Numbered from the stretch's first letter, positions 51,289 through 61,802 are shown. The stretch is DNA of 64,000 nt from Gloeobacterales cyanobacterium (GCA_038245785.1 JBBRSB010000021.1:21322-85321), one strand, 5' to 3'. Notes: a model not told the origin generated them from the letters alone. A program made the numbers and translations.

Positions 51289-54200
51289 ATGGATCTCAAC
51301 GTGGACAAATCTAGGCAAGGAAGCCCTGGGCGAGTGAGAGGTATGATCCTATCGCCTCAAGGGTGGCAGCGGTTTCAGACGGCAAAACAAGAGGTAGAGT
51401 CTGAGGAAACCTGGGGCAAGCATTTGACACAGGAAGACCTCAGCGATCGCACTGGGCTTTCACTCAACACTCTCGCTCGGATTTTTAAGCGTGAAATGGG
51501 AGTCGATCGTCAGTCCCTAGAGCATCTTTTCCGGGCGTTTGGGCTGGAATTAACCAAGGCAGACCATACTTCTCTCACCGCATCAGGAGAAGAAACGGAA
51601 AGCCAACGGGCAAACCCCAAGAACGATTGGGATAACGCGGTTGATACATCAGTATTCTACGGTCGTGAAGCCGAACTCGCACAACTGTGGCAATGGATCG
51701 TGGCTGATCGCTGCCGTGTCGTGGGATTGCTGGGGATCGGCGGGATTGGTAAAAGCACGACCGCTGTAAAAGCGGCACTCCAGATGCAGACAGAATTCGA
51801 GATTGTCATATGGCGATCGCTTGCCAACGCGCCATCATTGGATGAACTTCTATCCAGTCTGCTGAAATTTCTCATGCCGCTCTATGGGGAAGATCCCGTC
51901 ATTCCCACCACGCTCAATGAAAAGTTCTCTAAGTTAATGGAATATCTGCGATCGCGTAAATGTCTGTTGATCCTCGATAACGCTGAAACTATTTTGCGCA
52001 GCGAGCAGGTCGGGCATTGGCGATCGGACTATGAAAATTACGGACAATTGCTGCGAACGGTTGGAGATACCCCCCATCAAAGCTGCTTGCTGCTCACCAG
52101 TCGAGAAAAGCCCAGCGAGATAGGACTGATGGAAGGTGAACCGAACGTAGTGCGATCGCTCCTTCTAAGTGGACTCACCCCAGATGACGGACGCGCCATC
52201 TTTCGGCAAAAGGGGGCATTTACAGGTTCAGAAGCCGAATGGAGTCGCTTAATTCATCATTATGGGGGAAATCCCTTGGCGCTGAAGATGGTGGCAGCCA
52301 CAACCCAAGAACTGTTCGACGGCAGCATTCTGGAGACTTTAACCTGTATTGCTGAAGGAATTTTTGTTTTTGAAGGCATCTGCGATTTGCTTGATCGTCA
52401 GTTTGATCGCCTCTCTGAAGCGGAACAGAAAACATTGTTCTGGTTTGCGATTCACCGTGAGCCAGTCTCGATCGCAGACCTGCGCGAAAATGCGGTCGAG
52501 CTTGCCGATCAGCAAGGCGTACCAAATCTCATCAACTCGCTGATCCGACGGTCTCTCATCGAAAAAACAGATGGACTATTTTTCTTACAGCCTGTTGTGA
52601 TGGAATATATCACAGAACGATTTATTCAGCAGGTTTGTACAGAATTTGAGACTGCTCAGATTGATATCTTGCGAAGTCATACCTTGATTCGAGTCCACGC
52701 GAAAGATTACGTGCGAGAGATTCAATTGCGATTGATTATGCAACCTGTGATTGAACGGCTTCTATGTCAGTTTGGGAGCGCTTCGGAGATTGAAGTGCGA
52801 TCGCGGCAACTCTTGACGCAACAGCGGCAAAAAACAGGATATGTTGCAGGCAACCTGATCAATCTTCTGGTAAAGCTTCAGGTCGATTTGCGTGGCTCTG
52901 ACTTTTCAGATCTCGTGGTGCAGCAAGCCGACTTACGGCAGATCAGTTTGGCAGGGGTGAATTTTCAGAATGCTGATCTAACGAAGTCTATTTTTTCAGC
53001 GACGCTGAGTCACGTCATGTCGATCGACATTAGCCCTGATGGTCAAATTGTCGCAGTCGGCGATTTAAATGGCAGGATTTATCTCTGGAACATTGCAACG
53101 ACTCAACTGATCGCCACCTTTGAGGGACATATTGGCTGGGTGTGGTCGGTTGCCTTTAGCCCCGACGGTAAAACATTGGTCAGCAGTGGGGCTGATGCTT
53201 CAATCCGCTTTTGGGAGGTGCAAAGCGGTCAGTGTTTGCAGGTTTTGACAGAGCATACTAGCTGTGTTTGGTCTGTGAGCTTTAGTCCCGACGGGCAACG
53301 AATTGCTAGTGGGAGTAACGATCGAACGGTGCGCGTCTGGGATTTGCAGGGGCACTGTATTCATGTCATGGTAGGGCATACGGAGAACGTTTATTCAGTA
53401 CACTTCTCACCCAACAGTAAAACCTTAGCCAGTGGCAGTAAAGATACCTCCATTCGGATTTGGAATGTGAGCAATGGAGACTGCCTGAGTGTCCTTCAGG
53501 GACATACGGATGGAGTTCGTTGTGTGCGGTATAGCCCGGACGGTCAACTGCTTGCCAGTTGCAGTCAAGATCAATCAATCCGACTGTGGAGCAGGCTACC
53601 TTACGCTACAGCGAGTGCATCACAAGTTGCTGGCAAGCAGTCTGATGTCAGGGTACTGCATGGACATACCAATTGGGTTTGGAGCCTTGCGTTTAGCCCC
53701 AAGGGTGACATGCTGGCGAGCGGCAGTGATGATGGTACCCTGCGCCTTTGGCAGGTTCCCGACGGACAGCCCATCAATGTGCTCGACTGTCATACTCACG
53801 ATGTTTTTGCCCTGGCGATCAGCGCTGACGGTCAACATCTGGCTAGTGCTGGTCAAGATCAGGCGGCGCATCTTTGGAATCTACAAGGGCAAAGCCTCAA
53901 AACACTGCATGGCTTTACCAATGGTATTCAATCCCTGAGCCTCAGTCCTGTTAGCGTTAGCTTGCCGTCAGGCGTTGGTCAAACCCTCGCCAGTAGAGGT
54001 CAGGATGAAACGATTCATCTGTGGCATTTGCAGTTGAGTAACAATCACATATCGCTTTGTCCCGTCAAAACCCTCCACACCGCCACCATTGCGCTTGCGT
54101 CTTTAAGTTTTAGTCCCGATGGTCAAACCCTGGCAACCAACCGACGAGATGGCTCGATCTGTATGTGGGATGTGCAAACAGGGCAAATCAATCAGTGGTC

Positions 54201-54945
54201 AGGTCATGACGCGCCTGTGAGGGCAGTGCTCTTCAATCCCAGGGGTCAAACCCTGGCAAGCGGTAGTTACGATCAAACGGTGCGACTATGGGATGTGCAG
54301 ACCCATCTGTGTTTGCAAGTGCTGCGGGGTCATGAGAGTAGCATTGGGGCGCTTGCCTTTGACCTTGGCGGTCAACAGTTAGCGAGCGGCAGTTTTGACC
54401 AAACTATCCGCCTTTGGAATTTGCAAACCGGAAACTGTCTACGCGTTTTGCAGGGTCATACAGGCGGTATTCACGCTCTAGCAGTGCAGCCAACTGATGT
54501 GCATACAGGCGGCGGTCAACAGTTAGCGAGCGGCAGTTTTGACCAAACCATCCGCCTTTGGAATTTGCAAACCGGAGACTGTTTGCAGGTTTTGCAGGGG
54601 CATACAGGTGCCGTCTGGACGGTTGCCATTAGTCCCGATGGTCGATTCTTGGCAAGTGGGGGTGAAGACCAAACGGTTCGCTTGTGGGATCTGCAAACGG
54701 GGCAATGCCTTCAGATCTTGCACGAGCATACGAGTTGGGTCACTTCGTTGACCTTTAGCGCCGATGGTCAAATTGTCTTGAGTGGCGGTGACGATCACAC
54801 CATTAAGCTGTGGCATGTGCAGACAGGACATTGCCTAAGTACGGTGATGGTTGATCGACTCTATGAAGGCATGAATATTCAAGGAGCAAGCGGATTGACG
54901 ATCGCTCAAAAAGCCGCCCTTAAAACATTGGGTGCGTTGGCGTAG
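51289..54945 (+). CDS. Xre-HTH + NB-ARC (STAND) + pentapeptide + WD40-repeat protein
   Basis: [33 protein letters not shown] Walker A, LLILDN Walker B, LLTSR, GNPLAL; pentapeptide repeats; many GH..W repeats. Confidence 0.92.
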   Translation: MDLNVDKSRQGSPGRVRGMILSPQGWQRFQTAKQEVESEETWGKHLTQEDLSDRTGLSLNTLARIFKREMGVDRQSLEHLFRAFGLELTKADHTSLTASGEETESQRANPKNDWDNAVDTSVFYGREAELAQLWQWIVADRCRVVGLLGIGGIGKSTTAVKAALQMQTEFEIVIWRSLANAPSLDELLSSLLKFLMPLYGEDPVIPTTLNEKFSKLMEYLRSRKCLLILDNAETILRSEQVGHWRSDYENYGQLLRTVGDTPHQSCLLLTSREKPSEIGLMEGEPNVVRSLLLSGLTPDDGRAIFRQKGAFTGSEAEWSRLIHHYGGNPLALKMVAATTQELFDGSILETLTCIAEGIFVFEGICDLLDRQFDRLSEAEQKTLFWFAIHREPVSIADLRENAVELADQQGVPNLINSLIRRSLIEKTDGLFFLQPVVMEYITERFIQQVCTEFETAQIDILRSHTLIRVHAKDYVREIQLRLIMQPVIERLLCQFGSASEIEVRSRQLLTQQRQKTGYVAGNLINLLVKLQVDLRGSDFSDLVVQQADLRQISLAGVNFQNADLTKSIFSATLSHVMSIDISPDGQIVAVGDLNGRIYLWNIATTQLIATFEGHIGWVWSVAFSPDGKTLVSSGADASIRFWEVQSGQCLQVLTEHTSCVWSVSFSPDGQRIASGSNDRTVRVWDLQGHCIHVMVGHTENVYSVHFSPNSKTLASGSKDTSIRIWNVSNGDCLSVLQGHTDGVRCVRYSPDGQLLASCSQDQSIRLWSRLPYATASASQVAGKQSDVRVLHGHTNWVWSLAFSPKGDMLASGSDDGTLRLWQVPDGQPINVLDCHTHDVFALAISADGQHLASAGQDQAAHLWNLQGQSLKTLHGFTNGIQSLSLSPVSVSLPSGVGQTLASRGQDETIHLWHLQLSNNHISLCPVKTLHTATIALASLSFSPDGQTLATNRRDGSICMWDVQTGQINQWSGHDAPVRAVLFNPRGQTLASGSYDQTVRLWDVQTHLCLQVLRGHESSIGALAFDLGGQQLASGSFDQTIRLWNLQTGNCLRVLQGHTGGIHALAVQPTDVHTGGGQQLASGSFDQTIRLWNLQTGDCLQVLQGHTGAVWTVAISPDGRFLASGGEDQTVRLWDLQTGQCLQILHEHTSWVTSLTFSADGQIVLSGGDDHTIKLWHVQTGHCLSTVMVDRLYEGMNIQGASGLTIAQKAALKTLGALA
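53951..53974 (+). repeat. Degenerate SDR5-like insertion in a WD40 loop
   Basis: TTAGCGTTAGCTTGCCGTCAGGCG expands SPDGQ into [13 protein letters not shown]. Confidence 0.6.
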
Positions 54946-54960
54946 CCTATGCATAGCATA
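54937..54960 (+). repeat. SDR5-like micro-element supplying the STAND stop codon
   Basis: GCG^TTGGCGTAGCC-TATGC-ATA-GCATA. Confidence 0.75.
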
Positions 54961-55180
54961 CGAGCGTTGAGACGATTGCCTTAAGTCAGAGCTTAACTGG
55001 CAGATATTGAGTGGTGAAATTTGCGGAAATTTTGCAGACTGAGTTCATGTCGAAACAGCTTGCGCCATAGAAATAGATGACTGGAGCTTCCTTGCTATTT
55101 TTCAATCCTCAAAAATTCATCATTTTCCACACCGCAAAATTACGAGGAGTCGCATTCTACACCTGCGAAATTTATAGGCT

Positions 55181-56275
55181 ATGAACTTGTTACAATCGCT
55201 GCAACTACGGGGGCAATCAGTCTGGCTAGACGAGTTTGAGCGGGGCTGGATTACCAGTGATCAGTTGCAGCACTCTATTGATGACGATGGCTTACGGGGT
55301 GTGCTGTCAAACTTCCAAAGCCTGCAAGCTGCAATTAAAGGACAGGAGTACGATCGCGACTTCAGCACACTCGCCCATCAAGGGAGCAAGCTATCGGCTC
55401 GACAGTACTACGATTATGTGGTCATGCGAGACCTGCAATTAGCGGCTGACCTGCTAAAGCAAACCTATACTCAAACACATGGGCGAGACGGTTACGTTCA
55501 AGTTGATCTCCCGCCATACTCGCTATTGCAAGCTGAAACCGCGATCGCGGCAGCACAAAGCCTCTGGCAGCGCGTTGGGTGGTGCAACTTGATGGTGAGC
55601 CTTCCAGCTACTTCCACAATGCTGCCAGTGATCACACAACTGATTAGCGATCGCATCAACGTCAATGCAACGTCCGTGTTTTCTCAGACCACGTATGAGC
55701 AAGTATTCGATGCGTATCTTCGAGGTCTAGAAATTCTCATTCAACAAAATGAGTTTGTGAATGACATTGTGTGTTTTGCCAGCTTTCCCGTGGGTCATTT
55801 GGATACAGGCATACAGCCATACATTGCCAGTTCGTTAGAGACGACAGCGTTCGTTATGGCTCAAGCTAAATTGCTCTATCAACACTATTGCCGTATCTGC
55901 CAAAGTGCTAGCGCAGCCTTGCCCTTGGAAATGCGCTTGAGAGCGCTGCGTCAACAGGCAAAACCACCCCGTCTCATTTGGGATTGTACAGGCATGCAAC
56001 CTCAAGACGCATGGCGCTATATTCAAGCCTTGGCAGTTCCTGAAACAGCAATCGTCCTGTCTCAATCGACACTCGAAACTTACGGTGAAGTATCTTTACT
56101 TCCCACAAGCAGGATTGACACTTTGGAAGAGACTGAACAGATTTTGGCAAGTCTACCACCAATGAAAATTCCTTTAGATGAGATTGCCAACCGACTCTTC
56201 AATGAGGAAATAGCGCGATCAATGAAAGACTTTGACCAGTTATTGAATACGATCAAGCGAAAGAGAAGCAACTGA
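55181..56275 (+). CDS. Transaldolase-fold protein with degenerate active site
   Basis: GQSVWLD, DGYV, INVNAT.VFS, ASF; NLMVSLPAT instead of NLMIKIPAT. Confidence 0.75.
   Translation: MNLLQSLQLRGQSVWLDEFERGWITSDQLQHSIDDDGLRGVLSNFQSLQAAIKGQEYDRDFSTLAHQGSKLSARQYYDYVVMRDLQLAADLLKQTYTQTHGRDGYVQVDLPPYSLLQAETAIAAAQSLWQRVGWCNLMVSLPATSTMLPVITQLISDRINVNATSVFSQTTYEQVFDAYLRGLEILIQQNEFVNDIVCFASFPVGHLDTGIQPYIASSLETTAFVMAQAKLLYQHYCRICQSASAALPLEMRLRALRQQAKPPRLIWDCTGMQPQDAWRYIQALAVPETAIVLSQSTLETYGEVSLLPTSRIDTLEETEQILASLPPMKIPLDEIANRLFNEEIARSMKDFDQLLNTIKRKRSN
55908..55931 (+). repeat. Degenerate SDR5-like in-frame insertion
   Basis: CTAGCGCAGCC-TTGCC-CTT-GGAAA. Confidence 0.5.
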
Positions 56276-56354
56276 AAACGTAACCGTAATTCTTAGTTAA
56301 CCGCCGAAATGACGGCATCTGGAGAGTTCAATATTATTTCTCGACAGTAGAACA

Positions 56355-57034
56355 CTCAGGAATTTATTGGAGTTCTGTTTTCATGACCTGAGTTCTCGTA
56401 AAATTGGTGCCACGCTGGTTTGGTGCTTAGTGGAACCCAGCACTACAGCGCTAGAAAATATGAACCCTAACTTTGTGTTGCAGCAAATTGAAACCAGCGT
56501 GGTCAGCGATCGCTCCGTTGCCGTTTTGCGTCATCTTTTAACCTTTTAACCGACACCGACGGGGCAGCTATTCTCGATGCTCAAGCCCGCGCAATCGGCG
56601 TGGGCGTACAATTGAAATACTCTGAGACAAGTAAACGGCTGATTGAGCCACATACAGGCACCCGCCACACGTCAGCCCAACGCTTCTCCTATGATTTTGC
56701 TCAAGGCATTATTTTCGTCGTTTCGAGCGATGGTCCGGTGACTGTTTTCTCTAATGGTATGAGTGTGACTGACTTAGAAGTGCATTTGGCGGATGAAATA
56801 GCGATCGCCCGCCCAGAAGCGTCTCCTGTCACCGATGCGGAGGTTTTCGACTGCTCCAGTGAGGTTATTTGCCAGCGCTGCCAGAAACAGCTCAAGGTTC
56901 AGGAAACTGATAGCGGTGACTTAACAAAACAGGAAAAATCATTGTATTGCCCAGTGTGCGGTAATTTTCTTCATTCAGTCAGATGCAGTAATTTAGATGT
57001 TTATGTTGTCAAAGCTTTGCAGGCAGCATTTTAA
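56355..57034 (+). pseudogene. DisA_N/diadenylate cyclase domain plus C-terminal zinc ribbon, frameshifted
   Basis: IGATLV, TDGA, GTRHTSA, VVSSDG; 8-nt duplication TTTTAACC near 56536-56551; CQRC/CPVC. Confidence 0.75.
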
Positions 57035-57121
57035 AAGTTGTCGGAGTTACAGAGATAGAACAGGTTTTGTCTTTTGTGATCTCCTGCACTCCTCTATTCC
57101 TTCGTTCAGGAGAAATCATCT

Positions 57122-58138
57122 ATGCCCGCTAAAGTTGCTGTCAATACCGAACAAATCGCTATCAGCGATGGGTCTTCTTTTCTCGTCACCGCTCGTGATG
57201 CCTCCATTAATGACCAGCTCCCTCAGGGGTTCTTTGTCCGAGATACTCGGCTCATTTCATACTACGAGATTTCGCTCAACCGCACGCCCTTAAAACTTCT
57301 GGCTTCTAGTATCTTGACCCATCGAGTTGCACTGTATCAATTCACCAACCCAGAACTGCGAACCGTAAGTGGCACATTCCCCGAAGGTCGTATGATTGTG
57401 ACCTTGCGACGTGATGTCGTGGGAGGTCTCCATGAAGATATTCACATTACCAATCACCACATGCAGCAGGTCAAATTGCAGCTCATGCTGTCTCTGCGCT
57501 CCGATTTTGCCGATATTTTCCAGGTCAAAGGAAAGCAGCTATTGGCGCGGGGGCAAATGCAAACGGTTTGGGACGAGGGCAAGCTGACGACCGACTATCA
57601 GAATGGCTCTTTCCGTAGGGGGTTAATCACTGCAATGGAGCATTCTGACTCGCCACCCCGTTATGCCAATGGACGATTGATCTTCGATGTTGCCCTCGAA
57701 CCGGGTCAGACGTGGGGCGGATGTATCAACCATATTGCCCTAGCCGATGGCGATGTATTGGTACCTCGTCACACCAGTGCCGATATTGATGTCACCGAAG
57801 CTGGTAAGGTGCTGGCTAACTTTCTGGATATTTTCGGGAATTGAGCGGAAGAAAGAAGGATTCCCAGTTCCCTGCCCGGATGCCAATATCCCTCAAGCTT
57901 GGGCAGCGGGGTCTATTTTCTTTCTCATCCGCATGATGCTGGGTCTTGAAGCAGATGCCCCTAAGAGACACTACAGCTACACCCTGTTTTACCGGACTGG
58001 TTGCCGGACCTTGCGCTAACAAATTTGGAGATTGGTAAGGCGAAAGTTGACCTGCGCTTCTGGCGTGAGGGCAAACAAACCCGATGGGAAGTGACACGGC
58101 AAGTGGGTGAATTGGGATTCAAGCAACCGATCATGTAA
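57122..58138 (+). pseudogene. Amylo-alpha-1,6-glucosidase/glycogen debranching enzyme with large internal deletion
   Basis: N-terminal GFFVRDTRLIS..SDFADIF joined near 57829 to C-terminal PQAWAAG. Confidence 0.8.
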
Positions 58139-58167
58139 CTCCATCATTCGTCCGCAGAGTGAGTTGA

Positions 58168-58554
58168 TTATAGGAGTGCTTGTTGGATTAAAGGTGCAAT
58201 GACAGCGATGTTCTGCACCAACTCAACGGAGAGAGAGAACCGCTGTTGTAAGTAGATGGGGTCGTTGTAACTTAGCCATACCTTGCCGTCAGCCGCTTCC
58301 CATGCCAGTACTTTCAGGGGTAAATCCAGGGCGATCGTCGGCTCTGCCACCATCAGAAGCGTTCCGGCTTTCGGGTTGCCAAACAGCAATAACTGCGTCG
58401 GACGTAGGCTCAGCCCAACTTTTTCAGCTTCATCCTGTTGATCGATGCGGGCAAAAATGGTGATGCCTTTTGCTTGAAGGACGGCTGCTAAGCGATCGAT
58501 GGTTTCAGGCACGGCATACGGGCTGGGCTGGCTGATGATACCGTTTGCATTCAT
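58168..58554 (-). CDS. DUF302 domain protein
   Basis: IFARID, LFGNPKAGT, ALDLPLKVL. Confidence 0.88.
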   Translation of the reverse strand: MNANGIISQPSPYAVPETIDRLAAVLQAKGITIFARIDQQDEAEKVGLSLRPTQLLLFGNPKAGTLLMVAEPTIALDLPLKVLAWEAADGKVWLSYNDPIYLQQRFSLSVELVQNIAVIAPLIQQALL

Positions 58555-58597
58555 AGCATTGGACTCCTTTTAGAGCATTTCATCGACATTCGATATC

Positions 58598-59416
58598 TCA
58601 CACAGTGGGAATGGTTCCACCGTCAATCACATATTCCGTACCATTGATATAAGAAGCGCGATCGCTTACCAAGAAAGCAACAAGTTCAGCAACTTCTTCA
58701 GGGCGACCAGGACGACCCATCGGAATTCCTCCAAGAGAATCCATCAGCCCTTGTCTTGCAGTATCAAAGTCCGTTCCTGCATTTTCAGCTAATCTTTTTA
58801 TCAGTCCCGTAGCCGCTGCCGTCTCGATAAAACCGGGAGCAACAGTATTAACTCGCACCCCTCTCGGTGCAACTTCCTTTGAAAGTCCTTTGCTATAGTT
58901 CGTCAGTGCCGCTTTTGATGCTGCATAGGCCAGGGTGGCATCGTAAAGCGGGAGGGTGCGCTGGATCGACGAAATATGGATGATGACCCCCGAACCTTGT
59001 TCTAGCATCTTGGGCAGAAACGCCCGATCTAAGCGGACAGCGGCGAACAAATTAGCATTGAATGTCTGCTGCCAATCATCATCACTGAGGGCAAGTGCGC
59101 CACCGCTCGGCGCAGAAGAACCACCCACGTTATTGATCAGGATGTCCACGCCGCCGAGATGAGCAAGCACTTCCTTGACGACTTTTTCCACTCCATCAGG
59201 GGTGCTGATGTCAGACTGAATAAATAAATCCGGCGATTCTCCAAAGGAGAGGCTACGCCAACGCAGTTCATCAGGCTTGGAGCGGGCAGTTGTGATCACC
59301 TTTGCGCCAGCTTGCGTCAGACGGTTGACTATTGCTTTGCCCATGCCTTTCGTTCCGCCTGTAACCAGCGCTCTTTTGTCAGATAACTCGTTGGGGTTAA
59401 TTGGGATGGTTGTCAT
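58598..59416 (-). CDS. SDR oxidoreductase (8-aa micro-element insertion)
   Basis: [17 protein letters not shown]. Confidence 0.9.
   Translation of the reverse strand: MTTIPINPNELSDKRALVTGGTKGMGKAIVNRLTQAGAKVITTARSKPDELRWRSLSFGESPDLFIQSDISTPDGVEKVVKEVLAHLGGVDILINNVGGSSAPSGGALALSDDDWQQTFNANLFAAVRLDRAFLPKMLEQGSGVIIHISSIQRTLPLYDATLAYAASKAALTNYSKGLSKEVAPRGVRVNTVAPGFIETAAATGLIKRLAENAGTDFDTARQGLMDSLGGIPMGRPGRPEEVAELVAFLVSDRASYINGTEYVIDGGTIPTV
59238..59261 (-). repeat. SDR5-like micro-element (24 nt) in a perfect HIP1 GCG^ATCGC
   Basis: TTGGCGTAGCC-TCTCC-TTT-GGAGA; removal restores ELRSPDL. Confidence 0.88.
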
Positions 59417-59470
59417 GAGCCTAAGCGCCTCGTTTGAGGATTTAGATCGTGAGATGTCTACACTAGGTGC

Positions 59471-60856
59471 CTATACCTTGGAAAACAGCATATTTAATCC
59501 TTCAGTCATCGTGGGATGAGTCAAAACGCTATCGCGCAGAACGGTATAGGGCATCTGAGCCTGCATCACCATCTGCACGGTTGAAATCACTTCTCCCGCT
59601 TCATGACACAGGAGCGAACAACCGAGAATCCGATCGGTCTTGGTATCGACAATCGCCTTCAGTAGTCCATCGGTTTGCCCCAGTGTTTTTGCTCTGGGAA
59701 TGGCTGACGCATCCAGCTTCATTACTCGAATTGCATACCCTTGTTGCTGCGCTTCGGTTTCGGTCAGACCTACATGAGCCAGTTCTGGATCGATGAACAG
59801 ACAGGAAGGAATTGGGCGATCGCGCGTGCTGCGATAGCCACCCTCAATCAGATTAGCTTTGACAATCCGATAATCGTCGAGCGACACATGGGTATATTCC
59901 GGGCCACCATTGATATCGCCTAACGCCCAAATCCCTGGCACATTCGTCTCTAGGCGATCGTTGACTCGAATAAATCCGCGTGCATCGATCTCCACACCAG
60001 CAGCAGCTAAATTTAAGCGATCAGTAGTGGGCGCACGACCGACTGCAACGAGCAAATGCGAACCTTGGAGTTCCATTTCCTGATCGGTAACTTGAAGCTG
60101 GAGTTGAGTCGCATTGTCAGCGCGATCAACTCTCAACACCTTTGCCTTCAGTAAGAATTCAATGCCGTCTCGTTCTAAGAGTGTTTGAACGGTGATCGCC
60201 ATATCTGGATCTTGTTGCGACAGGATTTGCCCACTTTGCCCAATCACGGTAACGCGACAGCCAAAGCGCCGAAACATCTGAGCAAACTCCAAGCCAATGT
60301 AGCCACTGCCGAGCACGATTAGATGCTCAGGCAACTGTTCTAACTCCATGAGCGACTCACTCGTCAGAAACCCAGCTTCTTTGAGTCCCGGCACGGATGG
60401 AATTAACGGGTGCGTACCAGTATTGATAAAGAACCGTTCTGCGGTGAGCAACCGATTCGTTCCATCGTCAATAACTTCAACAATTTTGGGAGCAACAAAC
60501 TGTCCCGTGCCAATGATCAGTTCGTGACCCAGCGCAGTTTCTAGATTATGCAAATTCATGTCACGCATGGATTCCACAACCGATCGTTTACGTCGGATGA
60601 CATCTGTTAGATCGACAATAGGTGCATTGGCTTTCACACCATACGCGGCGCTGTTTCGGACTACATTTGCCACATTGGCACTTGCCACCATCGTTTTGGT
60701 GGGAATGCAGGCGATATTGATGCACCCGCCACCAATCATGTTTAGGCTGCGTTCAACCAGAGCTGTTTTACGTCCGTCAGCAACTAGCGCAGGTGCAAGT
60801 GTTTTACCTGCTTTGCCGCTGCCAATAATAATGTCATCGTAATATTCAGTTTCCAT
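59471..60856 (-). CDS. Class I pyridine nucleotide-disulfide oxidoreductase (RclA/MerA-like)
   Basis: GGGCINIACIPTK, GSGYIG, HPTMTE. Confidence 0.9.
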   Translation of the reverse strand: METEYYDDIIIGSGKAGKTLAPALVADGRKTALVERSLNMIGGGCINIACIPTKTMVASANVANVVRNSAAYGVKANAPIVDLTDVIRRKRSVVESMRDMNLHNLETALGHELIIGTGQFVAPKIVEVIDDGTNRLLTAERFFINTGTHPLIPSVPGLKEAGFLTSESLMELEQLPEHLIVLGSGYIGLEFAQMFRRFGCRVTVIGQSGQILSQQDPDMAITVQTLLERDGIEFLLKAKVLRVDRADNATQLQLQVTDQEMELQGSHLLVAVGRAPTTDRLNLAAAGVEIDARGFIRVNDRLETNVPGIWALGDINGGPEYTHVSLDDYRIVKANLIEGGYRSTRDRPIPSCLFIDPELAHVGLTETEAQQQGYAIRVMKLDASAIPRAKTLGQTDGLLKAIVDTKTDRILGCSLLCHEAGEVISTVQMVMQAQMPYTVLRDSVLTHPTMTEGLNMLFSKV

Positions 60857-60901
60857 TCACATCTCCTTTGAGTTTGATGTCTTAGTGCAATGGCTGGAAT
60901 T

Positions 60902-60942
60902 TAATTTCTAACGTTTGCTGTTGGTCAATGTCTGTTGCAGCG
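60902..60942. repeat. ~41-bp direct repeat of the AKR gene 3' end (62678-62718)
   Basis: TAATTTCTAACGTTTG.T.TT.GTCAATGTCTGTTGCAGCG in both places. Confidence 0.75.
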
Positions 60943-61087
60943 AAGTCATCATCAGTGTTATGAATCGCCATGCTCGGATTGATGTCATTTTATGTTGCCT
61001 CCCTCACATATTCAGTACCAGTGATGAAGGAAGGGTTATGCCTCACCCTGGCTCCGGCAAATTGCGGTAAGGAACAGCCAGATTCGC

Positions 61088-61726
61088 TTAGTCTGCTGCG
61101 GCAAAGTGCGCCATCTGGTCTGCGTGTGCCTTCACGAACGACGGACGGGCTGTGGCTCGGACGACATATTCACGACAAGAGGGATGTGCTGCCAGCCCGT
61201 CGAACCTGTGAACCAAGCGCAGCACATCCGCCATGAGAATGTCGGCGACCGAGAATGTGCCGACCAGCCATTCGCGTTCTGCCAGGACCGTTTCCATGTG
61301 CTTGAGCCGGGCCTCAAGGAAGGTGTCAAAAAACTTCCGCATTGGCGTTTCGTCGGTGTCATCTGAGAACTTGAAAAAGGACCAAGGCTGGCTCGCGGCC
61401 TCGACTGAAGCGATCGCGGCGAACAGCCATTCTTTCGTATCGCTGCGGCCCCGTGGATCTGTCGGCATCAGCGTGTCACTGAGCTCGCCAAGATGGAGCA
61501 GGATAGCCCCACTCTCGAAGATCGAGATGTCTCCATCTGTCAACCACGGTACTTGCCCGAAGGGTTGGTGTGAGAAGTGCTCGGCATTTCGATCGCGAAA
61601 CGGCACGCTTTTGACGCTGTATTGCAACCCAGCTTCTTCCAGTGCCCACCTCACACGTAGGTCGCGCATATAGCCCCGTGGCATTTCAGGAACCCAATCG
61701 AACGTGGTGAGTATCAGGTCAGTCAT
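61088..61726 (-). CDS. Glutathione S-transferase
   Basis: QPFGQVP, FESGAI, FSVADI. Confidence 0.9.
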   Translation of the reverse strand: MTDLILTTFDWVPEMPRGYMRDLRVRWALEEAGLQYSVKSVPFRDRNAEHFSHQPFGQVPWLTDGDISIFESGAILLHLGELSDTLMPTDPRGRSDTKEWLFAAIASVEAASQPWSFFKFSDDTDETPMRKFFDTFLEARLKHMETVLAEREWLVGTFSVADILMADVLRLVHRFDGLAAHPSCREYVVRATARPSFVKAHADQMAHFAAAD

Positions 61727-61802
61727 TTTGAAACTCCTCTCGTTAGTACCGTGTGTTTACGTCTGTTTCTCGCAGCGAAGCGATTGATCGCTTTTAGGTG
61801 CT

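Noticed and set aside
59471..60856. Mercuric reductase / mer operon
   Set aside because: No C-terminal Cys-Cys pair, no N-terminal metal-binding domain and no merR/merT/merP nearby.
60905..60964. attC-like site (TTCTAAC...GTTATGA) suggesting an integron
   Set aside because: Poor internal symmetry, better explained as a duplicate of the AKR 3' end; no integrase or regular cassette pattern.
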